The position numbers and the translations under genes were made by a program. From Emiliania huxleyi CCMP1516 (taxonomy: Eukaryota), in the NCBI RefSeq assembly GCF_000372725.1, contig NW_005201240.1, positions 104,240-136,673 of the forward strand: a DNA stretch of 32,434 nucleotides. Direction: 5' to 3'. Of this stretch, positions 1-9,655 are shown piece by piece (within the stretch, counting starts at the first letter, position 1; every line of letters begins with the position of its first letter). The notes under the pieces are model-generated. The model was not told where the DNA came from. It was given only the letters and a program-made list of their open reading frames with translations, and did not search any database.

Positions 1-5
1 GTTTG

Positions 6-734
6 CTACCACTTTCTGTATGGACACAAATGTTCGATCACAGGCAATCCTAAAGCTGGCATTGCGTGCCACTCCACAGCAAGGATATCGAGCCCGCACA
101 CAGCAGCTGGCTGTGTGACAATGACATGCCGCAGCACTTTGTACTCATGGCCTTCAATATCCAACTTGACGAATACGAAATCGCTCGCATCTACAATCTG
201 TGCGAGGAACGACGTGGCATCCATTGTGTGCACCGTTTTTGGCACGAAACCCTTGCCGTCAGAGATAGCGACCTGGCTGTTACTATGCCATCTTCCCTTC
301 GCATCTTTGTAATGTTCCGCTTTTGAACTCTCGAGGCTTGCATCCACGCCTGCCCCCTGCATTTCAACGTATAAAGTACGATTTGTGGTGCTGCTCACGC
401 TCAATGCAGTTCCAACGAACAGCTTCACGTGGTAATCCCTGGAAAGTCGCTGCTCATACAAACTCAAGCGAGTGCTCCATCTTGGGTTTGCCTCAAAGCC
501 ATAGTAGCAGTTCTCCCGAGGCCGTGATCTACATTTGTGTAAATTACGGGACTGCTTCTGGGAGAGCCGGTCAAGCGCTGGATCCCGCCACCATTTCATC
601 AATGAGCTGCCATCGTTCAGTCCAACGTCGACAAAGGTGCATTTACAGCGGCAAACGCCGAAATATTTTTCATGCAGCGTTGATGAACGCATGCACGAAC
701 CAATGGAGAGTAAGGTCATGACCGAAGTAGGCAT
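6..734 (-). CDS. FkbM/Methyltransf_21-like SAM-dependent methyltransferase
   Basis: ORF 6..743 (first ATG at 734) has FkbM-type motifs in the expected order: FVDVGLNDG, YYGFEANP, FVKLDIEGHEYKVL, LAVEWH. No obvious intron, and visibly less GC-rich than neighbouring genes. Confidence 0.7.
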   Translation of the reverse strand: MPTSVMTLLSIGSCMRSSTLHEKYFGVCRCKCTFVDVGLNDGSSLMKWWRDPALDRLSQKQSRNLHKCRSRPRENCYYGFEANPRWSTRLSLYEQRLSRDYHVKLFVGTALSVSSTTNRTLYVEMQGAGVDASLESSKAEHYKDAKGRWHSNSQVAISDGKGFVPKTVHTMDATSFLAQIVDASDFVFVKLDIEGHEYKVLRHVIVTQPAAVCGLDILAVEWHAMPALGLPVIEHLCPYRKW

Positions 735-1591
735 CCGTTGCAACGACCTGGCGGGAGCGGGCTAAAAGCCCTGTCTCGCCCGAGTCCTGGGAAAGTATAG
801 TAAGTTCGTCTCGGAAAGGAATTTTACCTGTGCACAAGAGAATTTTACGGATAGAGAAGTGAAGAAGTCCTCCAGCACAAACGCGACCGTGCTAAAGCAT
901 GCGATGGTCCCACCCATCCACGCAAGGAGCCAGTTAGAATTTTACAACAAACGATCGCTCCTCATCGCAAACCCCGTCAGCAGTCCTCCTCCGGGAATGT
1001 ACGTAAGAGCTACATACACTGACAAAACTCCCTCGCACGACACTGGGCACGGAGCCAGTTAGAATCGTTACCAAAGAAAGTCGCCCGACCGAGGCCCATC
1101 CATCCATGTCCGTCCGCGAGCCCCCAGCTCGCCGACGGCGAGAGAGATGCCACGAGGGGTCGCGGTGGCGTCCATCGCCAGGCTCCCTAGCTCAACCGAC
1201 GACCCTCGTGCCTCGGGATCGACGGCCGATCGTCATCAGACAATGAGGTCGAGAACCGCATCGGCGGCCTCAGCAGCGTCTGCAGAGAGCCGATCAGACT
1301 CGGGTCCACGGTGAATGTCAGGTCTGCACTAGGCTCACACACAAGTCAAGGTAGATCTAAATACCGGGGGAGGTATTTCCTATGCTTCACAGCCTTGTTA
1401 TTGAGAAGAAAATACGTCCTACTTCACACCTGGCGGACGGGACTGCGCACACCGTGGCGCACACCGTGGCGCACAAAGAAACGTGAACAGGCCCCACTGC
1501 CACTCACCTTGGGTGGTGCAGGTTAGGACTTCCGCGGCGCCGCTCTGGGCGGCGGGCTGAGCCGATCGTAGCGGCGAGCCTCGGTCGAACG

Positions 1592-2264
1592 ATGCATGAG
1601 GCCCGTCACGGACAGCCGCTGAGCAGTGAGCTCCTTCTGCTCGTGGGCGCCGGCGAGGGCACGCCTGTGCTGCCGGCATCGGGCGAGCAGCAGCGGCGCC
1701 CGATCGGCGTGGTCCTGGCGGACGAAGCCTCTTCCGTGGCCGCAAAGCCGGCCGCCGGCTCACGCTGGTGCTTCTCCGACGCGGTCGAGTCCGACCCGGC
1801 CGGCCGCGACTTTGCGCGCTCCACCGACTGCTGCACGCTCCGCTGGACGCCTGCAAAGGGCCGTCACGCCACTGCGACCCGCGAGATCTCGCGTGGACGC
1901 GTGCTTCTGCGGGCCTCGGCTGCGGCAGTCGCCAACACGGCTGCGAGCGGCGCGGCGACGGCCCTCCTCGCGGAGTCGTCGGGGCGCGACGGCGCGGCGG
2001 CCTCTGCGGACGCGCAGCGCGTCGGGCTGGACGCGTCGACGCTCGCTCTCTCGCTCGAGCTCTTGCGGTCGGGTCGCGAGGCGGCCGAGGAGGCGGCGGG
2101 GTCGCTGCTGACGCACCGCGAGCACCTATCCGCCGCCGAGGCGGAGGCGTGGGAGCGCACCGCCCAGAGACTGCGCTCGGCTGCGGCCAGCTCTGGTGGC
2201 TCTGGTTGCTCTTGTGCGTCCGGCTGGAGTGATGAGGCGGTGCTGCGGGTGCTGCTCGCGGTGC
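1592..2264 (+). CDS. Putative SET-domain (SMYD-like) protein, N-terminal part; remainder in the gap
   Basis: KGRHATATREISRGRVLL resembles the N-SET motif (KGRGLxATRDIxxGExLL) and is followed by a helical region ending EAVLRVLLAV at the gap. The catalytic NHSC motif is not visible. Confidence 0.5.
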
Positions 2265-2912
2265 NNNNNNNNNNNNNNNNNNNNNNNNNNNNNNNNNNNN
2301 NNNNNNNNNNNNNNNNNNNNNNNNNNNNNNNNNNNNNNNNNNNNNNNNNNNNNNNNNNNNNNNNNNNNNNNNNNNNNNNNNNNNNNNNNNNNNNNNNNNN
2401 NNNNNNNNNNNNNNNNNNNNNNNNNNNNNNNNNNNNNNNNNNNNNNNNNNNNNNNNNNNNNNNNNNNNNNNNNNNNNNNNNNNNNNNNNNNNNNNNNNNN
2501 NNNNNNNNNNNNNNNNNNNNNNNNNNNNNNNNNNNNNNNNNNNNNNNNNNNNNNNNNNNNNNNNNNNNNNNNNNNNNNNNNNNNNNNNNNNNNNNNNNNN
2601 NNNNNNNNNNNNNNNNNNNNNNNNNNNNNNNNNNNNNNNNNNNNNNNNNNNNNNNNNNNNNNNNNNNNNNNNNNNNNNNNNNNNNNNNNNNNNNNNNNNN
2701 NNNNNNNNNNNNNNNNNNNNNNNNNNNTTCCTTCTTTTGCGACCGCCGCTGAGCGCTGTGAGGTGTGAGCTGTGTGGCGCGCAGCTGCGGAGCGTGCGGC
2801 CTGCGGCCGGTGTGTGCGGAGCGGATCAATTTCTTTACGATTGAACGTTCTCTCTCTCGACCGCCCGCAGTCGCACGCCGTCTCCCTCAAGGCACACAAA
2901 AGAGGGGGCTTT

Positions 2913-3930
2913 TCAAGCATCAGACCGCATTGCGCTTATACCGCCGCCGGCTCCGTCTGCGACTGCGTCTCTGTCGCGCTCTCGGTCCTTCCTCTTCTCG
3001 CGCTTCCTCAAAGCCTTGTTAGCTTTCTTCAGCTCCTTGGCCAACTGGGGCGCAGCCTGCGCCTCCGCCTGCTTGGTCCGCTTCTTCTCGTCCCGAAGCA
3101 GCAGCACCTCCGCCCGCGCCTTCTCCTCCTCGCTCAGGCTCTCGCGGTCAGCAGCGTAGCGCTGCAGCAGCGACTGATTGATCTCGCGCTTCCACTTCTC
3201 ACTCTTCTCGAGCAGCCTGCGCCGGCGGCTCTCCTCGTCGCTCTCCTCCTTCTCGTCGCCAGGCTGCCGCCGCCGCTTCTTCCCCTTCTTGCGTTGCTGT
3301 CTCGCCGCCTCTGCTCCCGCCGCCGCCCCTGCTCCCGCCGCCTCCTCCGCCGCCAAGGAGGAGGAGGGACGACTGGCCGCATCCACGTCGCTCAGCCGGC
3401 CCACGTCGGCAGCGCACCCAACCACCGTCTTCTCGTCGTCCTCCGACTGCCCGCCGCTCGGTGACTCGTCCTGTGGGAGCGCCGGCGGCGGCTGCGGCGG
3501 CGGCTGCGGCGGCGGTTGCGGGGACGACGGCTGCGCGGCACCGGATGCGCCGGGTGCGGCCCGTCTTCCGGTTCCGCTGCCAGCTCTGATGGAGGTCGAC
3601 CGAGTAGCTGAAGCCTCGAGCCTCGTACTCGCCGCGGCCGCCCGCTTCTGCGTCCGAGATGGCGGCGAGCACGCGAGCGTCGGCAGGCACCCACCCGCCC
3701 TTGAGCTCTACCTCCCACCGCGGCGCCGGCACCGCCGCGGGAGCAGCCGCCGCCACCGCGCGCGCATCGGCAGCCGGGTCCGTGTTGGGCTGGAGCGTGG
3801 CGGGCTGGAGCGTGGCGGGCTGGCAGGCGCTGGTTGGTGGCTGGCCGTGGGCGGGCAACGCCGGCGCTCCGCTCGTGGCAGCAGGCTGTCGGCCATCGAC
3901 GCGGGCAACGCTGCCACCACTGCCGCCAAT

Positions 3931-3971
<41 letters not shown>

Positions 3972-4443
3972 CACTCCCCTCCCTTCCGGTGCCCACTCCT
4001 GCACGCTGAGGAGAGCGGGCTGCGACAGAGCCACGCGCGGCGTTTGCAGCGCAGACGGGGCAGGGCGGCGACTGCGGCTGCGTCCAGTGGTCGAAGAGCC
4101 GCTGGGCACACGCCCGCTGGCTGAGCGAGGCGGCGTCCGTGATCTGGTGTGCCAGAAGCGTGGCTCTCACAGCGGTCACCGGGAGCCTCTTCGAGTTGAG
4201 GAAGGCGAGCACGCGCGCCGCGACCAAAGCGTCGTTCTGGAACCGGCTCAGAGCAGGGTCGGGCTTGCCCCACACACTGTTGGTCGCCTGCTGAGCACAG
4301 CGCGAGCGCAGCGCGTCGCCCTTGATCCTCGGGTGGGACGTGTTCGAAAGCTTGGAGTAGAGGCGCTTCGCCTCCTCCTCCCCCTCGATGTGGCGGCACA
4401 CATCGCCGAACCACAGGTGGAGCTGTTTCAGCAGGATTGTCAT
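2913..4443 (-). CDS. WWE-domain protein with K/E/R-rich coiled-coil C-terminus (frame break near 3540)
   Basis: 3717-3541 encodes WEVELKGGWVPADARVLAAISDAEAGGRGEYEARGFSYSVDLHQSWQRNRKTGRTRRIR, matching the WWE pattern (W..W, YxxD, QxNxxTGxxRxIR). The downstream P-rich/charged tail is in a different frame and ends at 2913. Confidence 0.6.
3932..3970. repeat. (GCC)n trinucleotide microsatellite
   Basis: Uninterrupted run of about 13 GCC/CCG units; reads as poly-Gly in the WWE frame. Confidence 0.9.
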
Positions 4444-5767
4444 ACGGCGCCGCGCCGGTTGCACGAGTCCGGCGTCAGCCTCGTGAGCGGCGAGGCGGCC
4501 ACGGCGTCAGCCTCTCGATCGTCAGCAGAGGAGCGGGGCCTCGCGCGCTAGCGGCTTTTCTTTTCCGTACTAGTGGGGACCTGCGGCGGACCCGCCTCTG
4601 TTGAGTGTTGTTCGGGCAGTGAGAGACGCAGGATCTGCACGCCAAAGTGGGGCCACTCCGCATTTTCATTTTGGTTTTGGGTTGTCGGAGATCATCCATC
4701 AGCACTCATGTCTCATCAGTCAGTCACGTCAGTCAAAGCAGTCGTGGCACGTGGAGCAGTCGCTGCATGCAACGGCGCCGCCACACGCTCCGGACGACCG
4801 ACACACCGACACACCACGCACAATGGGAGGCTATCGCGCACGATCGGCCATCGCACCCACCGCAAACACCTCGCCGCACAGATGGGGGGAGGCAAAATCC
4901 CACACACACCGGAGCAGCGCAGACACCTTACACGTCAGCGCTCGCTCGATGTGGCCGGCGCTCTCCCCTCTCCTATCGCCTTTTCAACCCGTTGGCTCCG
5001 TGCCTAAGGCAGATCGATTAGGGTGTGAGCTGCGGCAGCCACCGTTTCTGTACCTCGATCACGTGCAGGCCGTCGGAGGCCGCGCTGGATGGCCCAGGGC
5101 CGGCGGCGGTGAAGGCGTCCGTCGATGAAGGGATGTCGTCGAGGGAGCCATCGTCCTACACGGCTGGTGCACCGGTCCAGTTGTCGGAGTTCGAGATCGC
5201 CGTCGACTTGGAGAGTTCGGCCCGTTGACGAACTCACGGAATGTGAGCGACTTGGTGCACGCTGATAGTCGAGCATCATGGCTCGCACCTCATCCTGAGC
5301 GCAAGGAATTCGCCCAGGGGCCAGCTGTTGGCGTCGCCGTTTTGATCGAGCTGCATCCACTGCATGGTTTCGTAGTCAAGCGTAAACGCCCAGGAGTTGG
5401 TGCCTGGTCGTAGGTTGTGCGGATATCGCTGAGCGTGAGAGGGACTGGATCGGCAGCAGCGCGGGCGGCAGCGGCCGGAGAGGCCGGAGAGCCGTCCGAC
5501 GGAGGCCGGTCGTGCATCGGCGCGTCGGCCGTAGGGGCCGGGGGGGCGGCGGCATCCATTTACAAATATCGCTGCGGGTCGCTGCGGGCCGACGATTGTG
5601 GACTGATCGATCGTCGGCGGGCGGTGTTCTCGAGTGTTCAGCTGGGACGTTCTACGTTAAAAGAGCGTCGGCGCCGACACGAGAGACTTATAAGGGTAGA
5701 TTCCGAATTTTTTTTCCGACGTCACCGAAACTCGGCGCCTGCGGCGGAGTGGCTTACTGCGGCTAGC

Positions 5768-6796
5768 ATGCCGACCGCCATTGTGGCGCCAGCAGATGAA
5801 CACGCCGACGAGGAGGTCCTCCGAGAGGCGTTGGAGGGCGATGCGCTGCGACCGACGGGCGGCGCTCCCGCCTCCAACGACGACACCCTCCTGCCGCAGA
5901 CGACGTGCAAGCTGGTGATGACGCCCGCTCACGACGCCCTCTCGAGGAGTCGCTTCGCGCTGTATCGGCTGCTCATGACGCCCCCTCAAGGCGTCGTATC
6001 TCCGAAGGCCTACTTTGCCGCGAGCAACGAGCTCGTGGTGCTGACGCTAATCGTGTGCTGGATTGTCACGGTCTGCTACGATCGGTCCCAGGTGTGGGAC
6101 CACCCGGCGCGGGTCTACGTGGGGCACTTCAACCCGTGCTTTGGGTGGGACTACGCGCCGGCGTCGTACATCGCCGTCTTTGCGATGTCGTACGACGTGC
6201 ACCTCGCGTGGACCTACGCGAGCCTCGAGGCGATGCGCACCAAGCTGCGCGACGACGACGGCAAGACGAGCAAAGCCGAGCGCTTCTCGCTGGTGACGAC
6301 GTACCTGCACGGGCTCGCGAGCATGGGGTGGATGCTCCTGTGGCTCGTTGGCCCGCCCGACGGCCAGTGGGCCGCGCACCTCGCCATCTTCTCCACCGCC
6401 GTCGCCTTCCGCTACCTCTGCCAGCTGGGCAACTACGTCGAGTGCCGCTGGGGCAAGGCGTGGGAGAGCGGCCACGTGAAGCGCTCGCACACGGTCTACA
6501 TCGTGAGCTACGGCCTGGTGACGCTCTGCCTTCCCATCCTCTACTTTATCGACGTCATCATGTACGAGGCGCAGGGGCGCACCGGCGTCGACCCGCCCAT
6601 ACCGCTCGCGATCATCCAGACGCTGGACGTGGTGTGGATGGTGCTCGTCGCGCTGAGCACGCGCTTCTCGGTCCCCGAGCCGCCCGTCGTCGTCAAGTGG
6701 AGCGTCCTCGAGTTCGACGACGTCGTCGACGCCGACGACTTCACGCCGGCGCAGATCGCGCAGCTGAGGAAGCTCGGGTTCGAGGCCATCGAGTGA
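5768..6796 (+). CDS. Uncharacterised multipass membrane protein (about 6 TM helices)
   Basis: ATG 5768 to TGA 6796 with strongly GC3-biased codons, several hydrophobic segments, and an NPCFGWDYAPASY motif. I do not recognise the family. Confidence 0.8.
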   Translation: MPTAIVAPADEHADEEVLREALEGDALRPTGGAPASNDDTLLPQTTCKLVMTPAHDALSRSRFALYRLLMTPPQGVVSPKAYFAASNELVVLTLIVCWIVTVCYDRSQVWDHPARVYVGHFNPCFGWDYAPASYIAVFAMSYDVHLAWTYASLEAMRTKLRDDDGKTSKAERFSLVTTYLHGLASMGWMLLWLVGPPDGQWAAHLAIFSTAVAFRYLCQLGNYVECRWGKAWESGHVKRSHTVYIVSYGLVTLCLPILYFIDVIMYEAQGRTGVDPPIPLAIIQTLDVVWMVLVALSTRFSVPEPPVVVKWSVLEFDDVVDADDFTPAQIAQLRKLGFEAIE

Positions 6797-6887
6797 GCTG
6801 CGGCTCGCTGCGCCGCCGCATCCTGGAGGACCCAGACCTTGCGCCGTGCGTGCTCCTTAAGACGAGCTGTGCGGGCACCCGGCGGCC

Positions 6888-7307
6888 GTGTGCAAGCGCT
6901 GGTCTCTGATCTGCGCGCCGCGCGGTGCCTTCGCTCGCCTCGTGGAGACTGCTGGCGACGCCACGTCGGCGCTGCACGCTGCTGCGCTCGGAGAGCTCAA
7001 GCGGCTGTCGGAGGCTCCTGCCACGCACGAGGGTGTCGTGGCTAGCAATCGCGCCACCCTCGACGCTGACGACCATTGCCTCTCGTTCCTGCTGGCGCGG
7101 CTCGATGAGCCCGAGGATGATGGCTGGCGCAGAGAAATCATCACCGCCCTCCTGGCCCTCGCAACCTCCTCGTCTGCGTGCGCTGAGCAGTGGCACCGGG
7201 TCGGCGGCGTTGCGGCGCTGCAAGCGCTCGCTCGAGAGACGGCGGAGGAGCGGGTGGAGAGACAGGCGGAGAGGTGCGACGAGGCGCAGCGGTCAGCCTT
7301 GGCGTGA
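6888..7307 (+). CDS. ARM-repeat-like coding fragment without a clear start (orphan exon or pseudogene)
   Basis: LSFLLARL...REIITALLALATSSSACAEQWHRVGGVAALQAL resembles an armadillo repeat. No in-frame ATG. Confidence 0.35.
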   Translation: MCKRWSLICAPRGAFARLVETAGDATSALHAAALGELKRLSEAPATHEGVVASNRATLDADDHCLSFLLARLDEPEDDGWRREIITALLALATSSSACAEQWHRVGGVAALQALARETAEERVERQAERCDEAQRSALA

Positions 7308-7435
7308 GGAGGTCCGCAGGCGGACTGCCAGGTGACTCTCATAGTGTTACGGTACCTTAGAGGCTTAGTTGTGCCAAAACACCGAAAAAATCTCTCTCCT
7401 TGTCCCCCCCCCGGGGTGTCATGTCATGAACGACC

Positions 7436-8386
7436 GTGTCAAGATTGGGGTTGTCTCTGTCAAGGCGGACTCGCTCTTCGAATCATGTTCCTGTGTCCCT
7501 GTCCTCTCTGCGCTGGCCTGCCTCTCTCCCGCTCGACGACCAAACGACGCCGCCGCAAGTGCCGCTCCTGATCGACGACCTCACCTTCAAGCCGCTTAGC
7601 ACGACCGGCTTCGTGCCCTACTACAACTATGAGCAGCAAGACGGCGCGCTCGCCGAGGTGAGCGGCACCGTCGGCCTGCTCACCTCGGACGACGCCGGCC
7701 GCGTCGCGTCTCAGACCTTCATGTTCATGCTCTCGGGCGTGGACTCGAGGTGCAAGGACGGTGCCGGCGACGCACACAACTCGTGTGGTCTCCACATCCA
7801 CCAAGGTGGCTCGTGCAAAGAGGACGCGCGCGGCCACTTCTTCAACGGCGACGGCTCCTTCGACCCGTGGGCGGGCGGGCCGGCGCCGATCGTCTACACG
7901 ACGACGGACGACTTCACCTTTGGCGAGTTCACCGTTCTGACGGGCCTCCCTGCGCACCAGATTGACGGAAGGACGTTCGTTGTGCATGATTTCGAGGGGA
8001 GGCGGAATGCCTGCTCGCGGATCGGCAGGCCCGGCCGACGAGCAAGGTGGACACAACGTCGCCTCCAGCTGGCGGAGCCGCCCGAGGAGAAGAAGGCCAG
8101 CCACTTCTTGGGGGTCCTGGCTGGCGCTGCAGCAGGTGCCCTCGCCGGTCACTTGGCCAGCCAACAGGACAAGTCCCCACACTACGGGCCCCTCAGCAGT
8201 ACTACCCTCAGCAGCCGTGTGCACAGTCATCGTCTCATCATACTAGCACCCCACACGGCAATCCTCAGCAGCAGTACGGTTACCCTCAGCAGCATTACGG
8301 TGGCTACGGTTACCCTCAGCAGCAGTGGCACTCCTGGATCCAAGGCCTTCCACACAGCTTTCTCCCGCTTCTGCCCGTGCGCTTAA
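7436..8386 (+). CDS. Cu/Zn-superoxide-dismutase-like domain protein (approx. 7610-8025) with Gly-zipper and Q/Y/P-rich tail; start and 3' structure uncertain
   Basis: Motifs NSCGLHIHQGGSC, GHFF, DPW, GRTFVVHD and GRRNAC follow SOD-fold order. They are followed by RRLQ, LAGAAAGALAGH, and YPQQ repeats in a shifted frame. Confidence 0.65.
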   Translation: MSRLGLSLSRRTRSSNHVPVSLSSLRWPASLPLDDQTTPPQVPLLIDDLTFKPLSTTGFVPYYNYEQQDGALAEVSGTVGLLTSDDAGRVASQTFMFMLSGVDSRCKDGAGDAHNSCGLHIHQGGSCKEDARGHFFNGDGSFDPWAGGPAPIVYTTTDDFTFGEFTVLTGLPAHQIDGRTFVVHDFEGRRNACSRIGRPGRRARWTQRRLQLAEPPEEKKASHFLGVLAGAAAGALAGHLASQQDKSPHYGPLSSTTLSSRVHSHRLIILAPHTAILSSSTVTLSSITVATVTLSSSGTPGSKAFHTAFSRFCPCA

Positions 8387-8525
8387 CGCTTGCGCGTCCG
8401 TGTCTGGGAGCGCGCGAGTGGAATCTTGGGGGTGTGGGCCTTGCGCCGTCACGCACGCCTCGCCTCACTCACGCCTGCGGCCTGGGCAAAGTTGAATACG
8501 GCTTTATGTTGACGTTCGAGTTCTG

Positions 8526-9259
8526 CTTAGGGGACCCCAGGGTTCTGAGGGCCGGGTTTTTTAAGACCTTTTAAGAAACGAGTGCATCTGACTATCCCGG
8601 ATCCTGCTGAACAAGCTCCTCTTGTAGCTCGATCGGTCACACCGCCATCACCGTCGGGGAGAGGGGGGACGACACTGCTTCGGCAGCGTGCACCTCGATC
8701 CTGCACCGTGTTTGTTATGACCCCCCCCAATGAACACTCCAGTGAGGGTGGGCGAGACGATCGAGGGGTCCCGTACCATGCGGAATCGACCCTATCCAGT
8801 GCTCAAGTGCTCAAGAAACGAGGAGGTTTGGGGGCTTAACTTGCCATTTAAGAGATTGCAGGCACGGGGGGTCCCTCTTTAAAGACCGTTTAAGAAACTC
8901 GGCCTCGCCGGCATGCGTCGCTGGGTTCCGCGCCGTTTTCTCCAATTGTCCAATACTGCCGTTATTGGGCACAAACCCGCCTCTGAAGACACATCTGTAA
9001 GTCTGGTGCACTGGCAGGAGCCATACTCGCATAGGGGACGCGTGCTAGCTGACTGTAGCCAGCTTCCCGGCCTGCGGCGTCTACCGGGAGAGCCTCCCGG
9101 ACCATCGACCTCGGGAGCTCTCCCGCACCGTTTAAGCGTTTAAGACCGTTTAAGGAATCGGCGGCCCAGGCAGCCTTAAAATGGGCCCGGGCCCGCTTTA
9201 AGCCGTTTAAGCCGCAGGCGCCCCAGGGCCCACCCTTTGAAGCCTAGGGGTCCCCTAAG
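8526..9259. mobile_element. Non-autonomous DNA transposon (MITE), 734 bp, 13-bp perfect TIR, 8-bp TSD
   Basis: Left end CTTAGGGGACCCC (8526-8538) is the exact reverse complement of right end GGGGTCCCCTAAG (9247-9259). GAGTTCTG flanks both sides (8518-8525, 9260-9267). Internal repeated AAG(A)CCGTTTAAG motifs; no transposase ORF. Confidence 0.9.
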
Positions 9260-9655
9260 GAGTTCTGATTGTGACCTGGTTTCAAGTAGAAATACAACAC
9301 GCTAGGAGCCGCGTTCGCTTAGTTGGGCGCTAGCGGAGGGCGAGACGATCGAGGGGTGGTCCCGTACCATGCGGAATCGACCCTGCCAGTGCAACAGCGC
9401 AACAGTTGGGCGCTCGCCACGAGCCTCTAGCCCGCTCGGCCCCCGCGGCGCGCAGTCCCAGCAAAATTGCGCCTCGCAAGCGCAGCAATCCTGCAAGCTC
9501 GGCAATGCGTGCAATGTCCACCATGCCTCATACGTACATCATGTAACAGAGTGTGCATGTATCTCCCCTGCATATCGGCACCTAAAAAATAAAACGGCAA
9601 AACACTGAGACGTCTGAGCGCTTGACAGTTGACTGTGTACTTTACTCACTGTGAC

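Noticed and set aside
1316..1428. AT-richer TG...CA segment resembling a short solo LTR
   Set aside because: No TSD (GTGAA vs CCTGG), no PBS or PPT, and no second copy in the window.
3178..4551. Long antisense or overlapping ORFs here and throughout (e.g. 5905-6909, 13367-14251, 25183-26172)
   Set aside because: Expected shadow ORFs in very GC-rich coding DNA; several others are artificially extended through N gaps.
4930..5559. Possible small multi-exon gene on the minus strand (MDAAAPPAP...)
   Set aside because: Only low-complexity peptides, no recognisable domain, and ambiguous splice sites.
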